Shown here one piece after another: positions 25,306-38,722 of a DNA stretch of 64,000 nucleotides. Every line of letters begins with the position of its first letter. Within the stretch, counting starts at the first letter, position 1. Source of the DNA: Octopus sinensis (taxonomy: Eukaryota); the NCBI RefSeq assembly GCF_006345805.1, contig NC_043009.1, positions 12,524,001 through 12,588,000 on the forward strand, read 5' to 3'. Position numbers and translations under genes: made by a program. The notes under the pieces were generated by a model, which was given only the letters and a program-made list of their open reading frames with translations, had not been told where the DNA came from and did not search any database.

Positions 25306-25614
25306 AAAAAAAAACTTTAAATGAGACTAGGGTGTTAAGAAACACCTACATTGCTAGAAATAATAGCTAAAATTTTCTAATGCTGTAGTTAATGCACTTG
25401 AAGGGAAACAAATATACTAGGAAGGACCTGAATTGTCTGAAAAATGCTGAAACTGATGTTAGTATTAAGAATTCTCGTTCAACATTTTCAGATGATTCGC
25501 ATCCTTGTTAGTGTATATGTTTTCATTTACGTGCGTTAACTACAGCATTAGAAAATTTTAGCTATTATTTCTAGCAATGTAGGTGTTTCTTAACACCCTA
25601 GTCACATATACATG

Positions 25615-25677
<63 letters not shown>

Positions 25678-25689
25678 ACATATACATAT

Positions 25690-25753
<64 letters not shown>

Positions 25754-26295
25754 ATATATGTATGTTCATGTGTGTGTATGTTTCTGTGTCTGTGTTTGTC
25801 CCTCCAACATCGCTTTACAACTGATGGTGGTGTGTTTACGTCCCCGTAACTTAGCGGTTCAGCAAAAGAGACTGATATAATAAGTACTAGGCTTCCAAAG
25901 AATTAGTCCTGGGGTCGAGTTGCTCGACTAAAGGTGGTGCTCCAGTATGGTCGCAGTCATATGACTGAAACAAGAAAAAGAGTAAAAAAAAAAAACTTTA
26001 AATGAGACTAGGGTGTTAAGAAACACCTACATTGCTAGAAATAATAGCTAAAATTTTCTAATGCTGTAGTTAATGCACTTGAAGGGAAACAAATATACTA
26101 GGAAGGACCTGAATTGTCTGAAAAATGCTGAAACTGATGTTAGTATTAAGAATTCTCGTTCAACATTTTCAGATGATTCGCATCCTTGTTAGTGTATATG
26201 TTTTCATTTACGTGCGTTAACTACAGCATTAGAAAATTTTAGCTATTATTTCTAGCAATGTAGGTGTTTCTTAACACCCTAGTCACATATACATG

Positions 26296-26358
<63 letters not shown>

Positions 26359-26375
26359 ACATATACATATATATA

Positions 26376-26426
<51 letters not shown>

Positions 26427-26440
26427 CATATATATATATT
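25080..26440. repeat. ~680-bp tandem duplication
   Basis: Sequence from 25081 recurs from 25762; breakpoints in (TA)n. Confidence 0.9.
25323..25598. mobile_element. Foldback-type MITE with long inverted arms (duplicate at ~26004-26285; partial at ~24062-24655)
   Basis: GACTAGGGTGTTAAGAAACACCTACATTGCTAGAAATAATAGCTAAAATTTTCTAATGCTGTAGTTAA and its exact reverse complement at the other end. Confidence 0.85.
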
Positions 26441-26452
26441 ATATATATATAT

Positions 26453-26507
<55 letters not shown>

Positions 26508-26642
26508 AAAATAGTAAAGTGTGAAAAAACGACAGAAGGCTTAAATGTTAAAAAATATATATATTTGTGTCAAAATGTCTGGAGAATATTGGAAAATTTT
26601 TTTTTCCCTTTCCTTAAAATGACATAATTTTAAAAATTTATA

Positions 26643-26682
26643 AAGAAATTACCGGTTTCGCGTGTAGCTTTTCAAATTTCTT
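26643..26682 (-). ncRNA. Mirror copy of the minimal hammerhead ribozyme in the left arm
   Basis: Exact reverse complement of 27386-27425. Confidence 0.8.
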
Positions 26683-27238
26683 GTGACGTTATGTTTATAT
26701 TGCATGGAATTATCGTTGTTTTTATTTCCAGGAGATTTCTAAATAAGGGGAGGTAGTGAGTGATTTTTTCCGGTGTAGGGGAGATAATCGCTTAAAATTT
26801 TTTTTTTTTTTTTTTCCCCTTTTCCTTGTTAATTTCTATGTGTCAGTATGTTCAGATGGTTGAGTCTGGGTTTGTACTTTTCAATGAAGAATGTTTCCTT
26901 GTTCAGTCTCATTTGTGTTGATGATCCGAAAGCACATTGGTAAAATGGGAAGATTAAAAATTGTGGCAGTAGTTGCTTTGCGCATTTCTCAATGTGCTCA
27001 CTAAAAGGTATCATTCTATATTCTGGGAATGCAATCTGTTGTCGATGCAGTGTGCATCTGCGCCTGAGTGATAGTCCTATCACTACTGCCACAATTTTTA
27101 ATCTTCCCATTTTACCAATGTGCTTTCGGATCATCAACACAAATGAGACTGAACAAGGAAACATTCTTCATTGAAAAGTACAAACCCAGACTCAACCATC
27201 CGAACATACTGACACATAGAAATTAACAAGGAAAAGGG

Positions 27239-27276
<38 letters not shown>

Positions 27277-27385
27277 GCGATTATCTCCCCTACACCGGAA
27301 AAAATCACTCACTACCTCCCCTTATTTAGAAATCTCCTGGAAATAAAAACAACGATAATTCCATGCAATATAAACATAACGTCAC

Positions 27386-27425
27386 AAGAAATTTGAAAAG
27401 CTACACGCGAAACCGGTAATTTCTT
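27386..27425 (+). ncRNA. Minimal type I hammerhead ribozyme, U3-A8 core variant
   Basis: AAGAAAT / TTGAAAA / GC-tacac-GC / GAA / ACCGGT / A / ATTTCTT. Perfect 7-bp stem I, 2-bp stem II, palindromic stem III, GUA cleavage triplet (cut after 27418). Confidence 0.8.
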
Positions 27426-27631
27426 TATAAATTTTTAAAATTATGTCATTTTAAGGAAAGGGAAAAAAAATTTTTCCATATTCTCCAGACATTTTGACAC
27501 CAATATATATATTTTTTAACATTTAAGCCTTCTGTCGTTTTTTCACACTTTACTATTTTCTTATATATTCACCCACGTGCTTTACCAAACAAACTTTCTT
27601 ATCTATATATATATATATATATATCTGTGTG

Positions 27632-27685
<54 letters not shown>

Positions 27686-27829
27686 TCTCATTATATTGAT
27701 TGTAATTGTTGTGCTGTATTAATGTCTAATCTTAATGCTCTTGTGTAGTGTTTTAATAAAGTATATGATTCGGTATTATCTGATAGTTGATGAATGATTT
27801 AGATATATTTCTCCATTTTCTCATTTTGC

Positions 27830-27860
<31 letters not shown>

Positions 27861-28626
27861 CATATCAAAGGGAAATGGAATTTAATTAAAGTTAAAATCA
27901 TTCAATTAAAAATTACATTTCCAGTGGTCTAACGCATAAAAAATTTTAGTCAAAAAGACTATATATTAGTCATACAATATAGTGTATATTTAAACACATA
28001 GAGAATCCACTTATAGGAATCCTACGCGCTAGAAAGAACAGCTAAGTTCTATAACCACAAAAAAATTGGGGATAAAATTCGACAGAAATAAATTTGGAAA
28101 TTAAAAACAGGAATAAATTTGGAAATTAAATTATATACATATATATATAAACTCTTTGCTGTTTAATATATAGATATATTAAACAGTTTAGATTAAAGGA
28201 TATAAAAGATATAAACACATACTGAAGTGACATGAAGTGAGATAAACAGGATTTGAAAAATTCAGTGTCTCCATCTACCATTTTCTATTTTTTTACTTGT
28301 TATGGAACTGCGGTCATTCTGGAGCACTGCCCCGAGGGGGTTTGTTGCACAAATCAATCCCAGTATTTGATTTCTAAACTTGATACTTATTATATTGATC
28401 TTTTTTGCCAAATTGCAAAATTATGGGGACTAAAGGAACTAATACTAGTTATCAAACAGTGGTGGGGTACAAACACAACATGGGTACAGGACACATACAC
28501 ACACACATGTGTGTATGTATCTCTCTCACTCTCTGATTCACTCAGTCTATCTATTCATCTCTCCAACTGTTTGTCTGCTTGTTTCTCTCTCTCTCCTTGT
28601 GCAGCCCTGTGTGGATAATAAAGAAA

Positions 28627-28990
<364 letters not shown>

Positions 28991-29059
28991 GCTAGACTGT
29001 GGCCATTCTGGGGCGCACCACCTTGAATTTTTAGTTGAATGAATCCACCCCAGTACTTC

Positions 29060-29330
29060 TTTTTTTTCTCTTTAAGCCTAGTACTTATTCTGTTGGTCTC
29101 TCTCACTCTTTTGCCAAACTGCTAAGTTATGGGGATGCAAACACACCAACACTGGTTGTTGAGCAGTGAGGTGGGGGTGGACAAACACAGACACAAAGAC
29201 ACACACAGACACACACACACACACACATGAGATTGTTGTATAAGACACTTGCTCAAAGTGCCATGTAGTGGGACTGAACCTGGATCCATGTGGTTGGGAA
29301 GCAAGCTTCTTACCACACAGCCATACTTGC
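29060..29330 (-). mobile_element. SINE family A, degenerate
   Basis: Head and partial tail recognisable. Confidence 0.75.
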
Positions 29331-29403
29331 ACTCAGTCTCACTAAATTCCCTATTTCTTAGTTTTACCAACTGAGAAAAATATGCTTCCCTGAGGGAGTT
29401 TAA

Positions 29404-29625
29404 CCCTTTCATTACTGTATTTATTTTGAGATGCTCTGTGTTTCTTTCGATTATTTTTAATATAACAAAGAATTTAGTAAATTAACTTCGTTATCATTAA
29501 GCTAGTGTTAGGAACATAAATTTTAACCAAGATTTGGTGGAAGATTTAAATTCAAAACTTACGAAAACAAGAACATTTATACTAAAGAGCCAGAGCTGGT
29601 TTCAGCCGGGTTGGTAAAAAAAGGG
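29404..29625. mobile_element. piggyBac-like MITE family 1 (also 49776-49995 and ~8290-8487)
   Basis: TTAA|CCCTTTC(G/A)TTAC...GTAACGAAAGGG|TTAA. Confidence 0.85.
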
Positions 29626-30534
29626 TTAATAAGACTGAAACATGTCTGTTATTTACTGCACAGTGTTTGATTCTCATGGTTCAGTTTGTACAAACTTAGC
29701 AGTATAGTGTAAAAAAAATTATTATTATAGAAAGAAAACTTGAGTGTTTATTATACATTTCATTCTGGAGGCTTGAGTGACATCAGAGAAATTAAATGCT
29801 AACACGGAACAGAAACAAGTGATTATATCATTTGTTTCATTTCTGTTTCATCATCATCATCATCATCATCATCGTTTAACATCCGTTCTCCATGCTAGCA
29901 TGAGTTGGACGGTTCGACCGGGTATCTGGGAAGCCAGAAGGCTGCACCAGGCTCCAGTCTGATCTGGCAGTGTTTCTACAGCTTGATGCCCTTCCTAACG
30001 CCAACCACTCCATGAGTGTAGTGGGTGCTTTTTACGTGCCACCGGCACAGGTGCCAGGTGAGGCTGGCAACGGCCACGATCGGATTGGTGCATTTTACGT
30101 GCCACCCGCATGGAAGCCAGTCAAGGCGGCGCTGGCATCGGCCACGATTCGGATGGTGCTTTTTACGTGCCACAGGAATCATTCCAGCGGTCCTGTTTAT
30201 TCCTAATATATTTACAAGTTATCATTAATAAATAAATTTATGTTATAAAAAATTATGAATGTTTTAGCTTTATTTTGTTTATTTAAATTTATTTCTGCTA
30301 AAATTCTTGCCACACAGCCACAGGTGTGGCTGTGTGGTAAGCAGTTTGCTTCCCAACCACATGGTTCCAGGTTCAATTCCCACTGCATGATCCCTTGGCC
30401 AGGTGTTTTCTACTATAACCTAGGGCCGAGCAAAGCTTTATGAGTGGATTTAGTAGACAGAAAGTGAAAAATGTCCCTTGTACATATATGTGTGTGTGCG
30501 TGTTCCAAACTGAAAGCCAATACAAAGTCAATTT

Positions 30535-30950
30535 ACCTATTTCTTTACTACCCACAAGGGGCTAAACACAGAGTGGACAAACAAGGACAGACAAAGGGAC
30601 CAAGTCGATTATATCGATCCCAGTGCGTAACTGGTACTTAATTTATTGACCCCGAAAGAATGAAAAGCAAAGTCGACCTCGGCGGAATTTGAACACAGAA
30701 TGTAAAGACAGACGAAATACCTATTTCTTTACTACCAACAAGGGGCTAAACACAGAGTGGATAAACAAGGACAGACAAAGGGACCAAGTCGATTACATCG
30801 ACCCCAGTGCATAACTGGTACTTAATTTATCGACCCCAAAAGGATGAAAGGCAAAGTCGACCTCAGCAGAATTTGAACTCACAACATAACGGCAGACGAA
30901 ATACCGTTAAACATTTCGCCGTCATGCTAACGATTCTGCCAGCTTGCAGC
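30535..30950 (-). mobile_element. SINE family B, dimeric
   Basis: Body units begin at ~30537 and ~30721 with the same junction as 22318-22735. Confidence 0.85.
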
Positions 30951-31844
30951 CTTTACAAAGTCAATTTCCCCCTAGATATTACACCAGTTTATTACTAGTT
31001 AACACTCACAAATAATTTGATACATATCTCCAACAGCTAAGTGAACTGAAATAATTCTGTTTATAGAGTAATTCTATCTAGAAACACAAACAAAAATGCA
31101 AGCAAGAGATTTCATTTCACTGTCCTTAAGTGAATGCCCTAACCACTAGGTCACATCATAACTTTCACAACTAAACCATATCCTAAGATTTTAAATCAGT
31201 TTACATCAAACAATTTTTCTGCAAAGTGAAGTTTTTCATTATTTTTTTTTTTCCAGAAAATTAATAGATTTAGAAAGTAATCTTACCTAATTATTCCTTT
31301 TTTTGTATTCCTTGTTTCCTTAGGAGTCACTTATCAGCCACACACAGAAGGTTTGACAGTCAATTGCAAAATGATTCCTAAATTTGTGACGACAGAAGCT
31401 TACGCGACTTTAACAAAACAAAGCAATTTATTGTTTATCATTCCCATCCCAAGGAAAGTATTATTTATATAGATTCAACAGTTTCACTTTTTCCTGTCTT
31501 TCAGTGTTTTTATCCCCCACACTTATTACCACTTAGCAAATCAAAACTTATGAAATTAACATGTGACTAATTATCATCGTTTATTAGTCAGTCTATTTAT
31601 ATATTCGTTGTGATTTCCCCGTAACGTGCCAGCATGTGGGGATTGCATAATTCTGTGTATGCATATATATATATATTAGTGTGTGGTGGGGGGAGGACAA
31701 GCATGTGATTATGTGTGTGTGTGTATATGTATATTTAGGAAAGGGGATTTCAAAATGGAAAGGTCAATAAACATCTTGAAAAGACCTCTGCATTTTCAAA
31801 TCCTCTTTCCTATATATTTTCACTCGTGCAGTGCCTTGAAAGTT

Positions 31845-31851
31845 TACTTTG

Positions 31852-31882
<31 letters not shown>

Positions 31883-31918
31883 GTGTGTGTGTGTGTGTGT
31901 ATATACATATATTATATA

Positions 31919-31972
<54 letters not shown>

Positions 31973-32142
31973 ATATACACATACATATATATACATACAT
32001 ACATACATATATATATATATATAAATATATATATATATATGTATGTATGTATGTATGTATATATATGTATGTGTATATATATATATACACATACATATAT
32101 ATATATATACATATATATAATGATATAATGTATGTGTATGTC

Positions 32143-32165
<23 letters not shown>
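31845..32165. repeat. (TA)n/(TG)n/(TACA)n low-complexity tract (similar tracts at 25595-25760, 26290-26505, 59456-59560)
   Basis: Seen directly. Confidence 0.95.
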
Positions 32166-32173
<8 letters not shown>

Positions 32174-32474
32174 ATCCCCTCCACCATCGCTTGACAACCG
32201 ATGTAGGTGTGTTTATATCCCTTAGCAGCTCGGCAAAGAGACTGATAGAATAAGTATTAGGCTTATAATGAAAAAGTTCTGTAGTCAATTTGCTTGACTA
32301 AAAGTGGTGCTCCAGCTTGGCCACAGTCATATGACTGAAATAAGTAAAAGAATAAAAGAATACACACACACACACACACGCACAAACACACATACAAACA
32401 CACACGCATACATACTTACATACTTAAATGCATGCATACATACATACATACATACATACATACACACACACATA

Positions 32475-33879
32475 TAGGGTCATTCTGTATATAATGTGGT
32501 TTTTTTATACTTCTTTTATTTTTCAAAATTAAGACAAACAAAGTTCTTTTTTTATCTAAAATATACTCTCCTTCATTTTCTACAATGCTCTTCTATCTAT
32601 CTGCTAGACTTGCAAGGCCCCTCTTCCAAAACTCACTTGTCCCTGATGAAAAATATTCTTCCAGTACTGTTCTGACCTTGTCTACAGAATTCATATTTTG
32701 TCCGTCCAAATGATTTTAAAGACTGCACAATAAATGATAATCAGATGGGGAAATGACTGGCGAATATGGTGGTGGGATATCGATTCCCATTCAAACTACT
32801 CGAGCCTTCGGAATATCATCTTTGCTGTATGTGGCCGAGCATTATCCTGTTTGAAGAACACCTTTCGTTTTGAAACCAAAGATGGTCATTTTTCTTCTAG
32901 CGCTGACTTAAGCCACTCAAGCTGCTTACAGTTGGTCTCTTTTGTTACTGTTTGGTTTGGGTTTAAAAGCTCAAAATGGACTAAACCTTTCTTATCCCAC
33001 CAAACAGATAACAACACCTTACATGGGTGAAGACCTTTTTTAGCCTGAAATGCTGGTGTTTCTCCTTTCCCTACCCACTGTCTTCAGCTCTTGACATTTT
33101 TATAGAGAACCCATTTCTCATCACCAGTGACTATTCAGTCCAAAATGGGTTCATTCATGAGACAAGACAGCAAAGAGGAATGCACTTTCACTCTCTGCAC
33201 GTGATTAGACTCGGAAAGTTTGTTAGGAACACATTGGCCCAATTTGCTGACTTTTCTGATGGCGCACAGTTGTCGACGAATGGTTGAATGACCAAATCCA
33301 AGTTTCTCTGCTAGTTACAATGGGATTTTGTTCCACCAGGGTTTGTAGGATGTCCTCTTCAAGTTCTAAAGATCTTCCAGGATGAGGCTTGTCTTCTAGG
33401 CTGTAGTTTCTGGCTTGGAATTTTTGGAACCACCATTGACAGTGGCTTACACTTATTGTCCAATCCCCTTATACTGCATTAATATTTCTTGCACTTTCTG
33501 TTGTGTTATTGCCTTTATTGCAATCATAAAGCAAAATATTCCAAATATGCTCCTTTGTCACTTCCATCATAACTTTGAAAAAATAACTGTTAAAATCCAC
33601 ATTGTCCCATCTGATTATCATTTATTCTGCAGTCTTCAAAAACATTTAGACGGGAAAAAATGAATTCCTTAGATGAGATCAGAACAGTACTGGAGGAATA
33701 TTTTTCATCATGGACAAGTGAATTTTGGAAAAGAGGCCTTGCAAGTCTACCAGATAGATGGAAGAGCATTGTAAAAAATGAAGGAGTAGAATATTTTAGA
33801 TTAAAAATTAACTTTGCTCATCTTAACTTTTAAAAATATAAGAATTATTAAAAACCACATTATTTATGGGATGATCCAA
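32475..33879 (-). mobile_element. Degenerate mariner whose 5' end is replaced by an inverted copy of its 3' end
   Basis: Frame-broken transposase from ATG ~33545 (MEVTKEHIWNILLYD) to ~32560; 33590-33879 is an inverted copy of ~32475-32760; TA flanks. Confidence 0.8.
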
Positions 33880-34349
33880 TATATACTTAACTTACAAACA
33901 TACATACTAACAACAGACATGCAGATGAGCAATCACACACACACACATTCCCAAGGTGTATCTAAGTGTTTAGGCTGGCTCATGACAATGTTTCTGTATT
34001 TAATTATGCTTTACATATTTGCGTCAGTGTACATATGGGAGTGGTGTATATATTCTATAAATTTTTTTTATCTCTATTTTTATTAACTGAATCTGTATAT
34101 GTGAGATAATATTTGAATACAGTACTGGAAGGGGTGTTGACAGGTTCCTCACTTTGGGTAACAGGAAATACAGAACGATCAATTAATTATGTTTTTATGC
34201 AACATATTTCCTTCTCAGATTCACGCACTTATTGCAGAGGTTCTTCAGTGCAAAAGAACGCGGAAGGTCGGGCCTCTAACCGGCCCTTTTGCTGCACCAT
34301 TAAAGCCAGAAACCTTTCAATACCCCCTCATACATATGTGTGTGTATAC

Positions 34350-34767
34350 TCTCTTTTACTCTTTTACTCTTTTACTTGTTTCAGTCATTTGACTGCAGCC
34401 ATGCTGGAGCACCGCCTTTAGTCAAGCAAATCGACCCCGGGACTTATTCTTTGTAAACCCAGTACTTATTCTATCGGTCTCTTTTGCCGAACCGCTAAGT
34501 TACGGGGACGTAAACACACCAGCATCGGTTGTCAAGCAATGCTAGGAAGACAAACACAGACACACAAACACATACACACACATACATATATATGTACATA
34601 TATACAACAGGCTTCTTTCAGTTTCCGTCTACCAAATCCACTCACAAGGCATTGGTCGGCCCGGGGCTATAGCAGAAGACACTTGCCCAAGATGCCACGC
34701 AGTGGGACTGAACCCGGAACCATGTGGTTGGTTAGCAAGCTACTTACCACACAGCCACTCCTGCGCC
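34350..34767 (-). mobile_element. SINE family A
   Basis: Full length. Confidence 0.9.
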
Positions 34768-34784
34768 TATATCTATATATATAT

Positions 34785-35020
34785 ATATTTCTTTACTAGT
34801 CACAAGGGGCTAAAACATAGAGGGGACAAACAAGGACAGACGAAGGGATTAAGCCGATTACATCGACCCCAGTGCGTAACTGGTACTTAATTTATCGACC
34901 CCGAAAGGATGAATGGCAAAGTCGACCTTGGCGGAATTTGAACTCAGAACGTAACGGCAGATGAAATACGGCTATGCATTTCGCCTGGCATGCTAACGTT
35001 TCTGCCAGTTCGCTGCCTTT
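34785..35020 (-). mobile_element. SINE family B, monomeric
   Basis: Same head and core; 3' end abuts (TA)n. Confidence 0.85.
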
Positions 35021-35314
35021 TGCAGTACTATTAAAGCCAGAAACCTTTCAATACCCCCTCATACATGTGCATGTGTATCTGTATATTCGTTAAATGCTTC
35101 AGTCACTGGAGTGGGGCCATGCTTCAGCACCACCATAAATTTGCAAAACAATTTCGTTTTTAAACCCTGATACTTATTTTTTCAGTCTTTTTTTTTTTCA
35201 AAACTACTTATGTTATGGGGAATGTAAACAAGCCAACACCAGTTACCAAGTGATGGCTGGGGACAAACACAAAAACAAAAATGCACATATAAATATATAT
35301 ACATCCATAGGTGC

Positions 35315-35720
35315 ATGGAGTGGCTGTGTGGTAAATAGCTTGCTTACCAACCACATGGTTCCGGGTTCAGTCCTACTGCATGGCACCTTGGGCAAGTGTC
35401 TTCTACTATAGCCTTGGGCCAACCAAAGCCTTGTGAGTGGATTTGGTAGATGGAAACTGAAAGAAGCCTGTTGTATACATGTATATATATATATATATAA
35501 GTGTGTGTGTGTGTTTGTGTGTCCGTGTTTGTCCCCCCCAGCATCGCTTGACAACTGATGCTGATGTGTTTACATCCCTGTAACTTAGCGGTTTGGCAAA
35601 AGTGACTGATAGAATAAGTACTAGGCTTACAAAGAATAAGCTCTGGGGTCGATTTGCTCGACTAAAGGTGGTGCTCCAGCATGACCACAGTCAAATGCCT
35701 GAAACAAGTAAAAGAGCATA
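35315..35720 (+). mobile_element. SINE family A
   Basis: Full length; inverted relative to 34350-34767. Confidence 0.9.
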
Positions 35721-36171
35721 TATCATCATCATCATTTAATGTCCATTGTCCGTGCTGGCAAAAACTCTTCAAGGCAATGTATGTATGTATGTATATATGT
35801 ATGTATATAGGCATGAATATATGCTTGTATGCATTAGACTTAATCCATTGCATGATTTAGCATCACGACCAGGCGCTACAGCTGCATTTAGCAGAATCCA
35901 CTTTGTTGCAAGCGTTCAGGAAAACGTTACCAGTCTGAGAATACTTGTCTTCTCTCTCCTCTCACCCAACTCCCTTCAGTCAGGGAGACCCTGTAAGGGG
36001 TCACAAGCACTGCCTTTCTTTCTCACTAAAGCATGGGAAAAGAAAGGCATTTAGGAAAACAATACATAAATTTATAATTTATATGCAATCATTTCATCCT
36101 AGGTCCTGATACTCAAGCAAAGCTAAATATCAATATTAGATTTTTGATTTTCCATGTTTCTTTATAATATA

Positions 36172-36469
36172 CTAGCAGTATCGCCCGGCGTTGCTTGGCT
36201 TTGTAAGGGAAATAACTATATAAGCATTTTTAGAGAGTTACTTCCCTTATATAATAGCAAAAAAATGCATTAAAAATGGAAAAAATGATGGTAAATTTTT
36301 TTTATGATTGTTGACTCATCGTAGCCGCGCACTAGTACCCAGAAGGGCTCGATATGAATCACGACTATAAGATACCCGCTTTTGGTTAAACTGCACCGCA
36401 AAATGTGGGAGTAGTTAGGAATCTAAATCGTAGGAGACAAACACACAACTTGACTTTTATATTTAAAGA
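36172..36469 (-). mobile_element. Non-autonomous Helitron-like element
   Basis: On the minus strand it begins TC, ends CTAG, has a GC-rich subterminal hairpin remnant (CGCCCGGCGTTGC) and sits between A and T. Confidence 0.7.
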
Positions 36470-37851
36470 TTTTCTAACTACTTTCGAGAATAACAATTGC
36501 TGAATCTAAATGTATTTTGCCAATCCTGTCATTCACTCAAACTCTAAATAGGAAAAAGATGATTTACTTGTATCAACAGGAAGCATCTTTAGAAGCACTT
36601 CTTTCCATGATCTTTACTTTCAATTTCACTAATAATTGCGCTTAAATCATTACTTTATCCTTATAATATTCTGTTCATATTTTATAATGCATAAGATAGG
36701 AGGGATTATAAACCTCTAATTCAAGTACTGCTTATTTGCTTCAGAACAATAGATTATCCAATTAAATTACGAGAGTCCTACTCAAAACACTTCAACTTTG
36801 GTGAACTAAGCATTGTTTCTCGTGCAGATGGTGTCTCTGAGTAATCTGTCTGCTTAAGTCATTTGTCTTTCTAAATTTACAAATTATTCATGCTTATCCT
36901 TTTTGTGTTTAAACTGGCCATATCCTGTCCAAATATTCTACATGTTTTATATTCAAACTGGCCATATCTAGCCTCTCACACCTAACCTACAGTGACATTC
37001 TAAAAATGAACAGTCATATCATTGAAACCTCAAAGCTATAACATAATGTATGATTAATTCAAAACAATTTTGAGTGAAAAAGTATTACATTTAATAGAGA
37101 AATTTGAACACCAAAGAGTTAAGTATGTACAATGTTGTAATGTTGTATATCTTCTGAATGATTCCCTTTTCATTTCTTTGTCAATTACAGTGAAACATAT
37201 GCTTTGCTGAGGAGGTTCAACAAAACTGAAACATGCATGGTTTTGTCTCCCCTGTCTGCTAAAATGATTTAAATGATATTAGCCATTGAGCTAATGGTGT
37301 ATTTTGTGCATTGTATAACTATCTCTAATAAAGTTTGTAATGCTTACTATATTAAATGTTTAAACACTATCCTATCTTTAATAAACTGGCTTCATTAAAA
37401 CCATGGCACAAAAATTTTTCAAAAAGTTTATTCTTTTATTTTCCTTTTTCATGTTTCAGTCATTGGACTACAGCCATGTGGGGGCATTGCCTTGAAAGGG
37501 GTTTTGTCAAGCAAATTTACTTATTTTCTCTTTAAGTGTTATTCTATCAGTCACTTTTTCCAAGTTACAGGGACATAAGCAAACCAACGCTGATTGTCAA
37601 GCAGTGCTGGGAGCAAACACAGACACAAAGGCACATGTGCACATACACACACACACACACACACACAATACACACACACACATACACACACACACTCTCT
37701 CTCTCTTTCTCTCTCATGGTCACATACATATAACAGGTTTACATACAGTTTTTTTCTGCCAGCTTCACTCACATGACATTGATTGATCTGGAACTTATGG
37801 TAAAAGGACACTTGCCAAAAAGTGTTATGAGTAAATACAGATACAAAGACA

Positions 37852-37891
<40 letters not shown>

Positions 37892-38267
37892 CTCGTATTC
37901 ATATACATGCATGCACACAAACACACACGTGCACATGCACACACACTCGTGGTGACTTACTGTTTTCATCTGCCAAATTCGCTCACAACTCAGTGGTTCG
38001 TCTGAAACTTAAGGCAGAAGACTCACCAAAGGTGCTGAGCCCTGAGATTGAAACTGAAACACTGTGGTTTAAAATGAGCTTCTTAACCATGAAAATTTTC
38101 ATTAGATTTGAAATAAAGTTAAATTTTAATTTGACTGCATTAGACTAAAAGGTAATTAAGCTTCAAATTTTTATAGAAACATTTTCAACTTTACAAGAAT
38201 TGTTGTGTCATGGCTTTCAGTGAAGTAGGCTTATTACAGGTAAGTTAGAGTTTACATATTTAATAAG

Positions 38268-38686
38268 CGCAGGAGTGGCTGTGTGGTAAGTAGATTGCTT
38301 ATGAACCACATGGTTCCAGGTTCAGTCCCACTGTGTGGCACCTTGGGCAAGTTTCTTCTACTATAGCCTCGGGCCAACCAAAGCCTTGTGAGTGGATTTG
38401 GTAGATGGAAACTGAAAGAAGCTCGTCATATATATGTATAAATATATATTTCTTTATTGCCCACAAGGGGCTAAACATAGAGGGGACAAACAAGGACAGA
38501 CAAAGGGATTAAGTCGATTATATCGACCCTAGTGCGTAACTGGTACTTATTTGATCGACCCTGAAAGGATGAAAGGCAAAGTCGACCTTGGCGGAATTTG
38601 AACTCAGAACGTAATGACAGACGAAATACCACTAAGCATTTCACCCGGCGTGCTAACGCGTCTGCCAGCTCGCCACCTTCAATATT

Positions 38687-38722
<36 letters not shown>

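Larger units (their letters stand above)
26500..27568. mobile_element. Penelope-like element, 5'-truncated, with inverted 3'/pLTR copy
   Basis: Arms 26500-26973 and 27082-27568 are reverse complements with only a few mismatches plus poly-A length variation; spacer is 108 nt. Minus strand 27081-26829 encodes GLSLRRRCTLHRQQIAFPEYRMIPFSEHIEKCA...FPFYQC...RLNKETFFIEKYKPRLN, resembling the C-terminal half of a PLE GIY-YIG endonuclease. Hammerhead in each arm. Confidence 0.85.
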
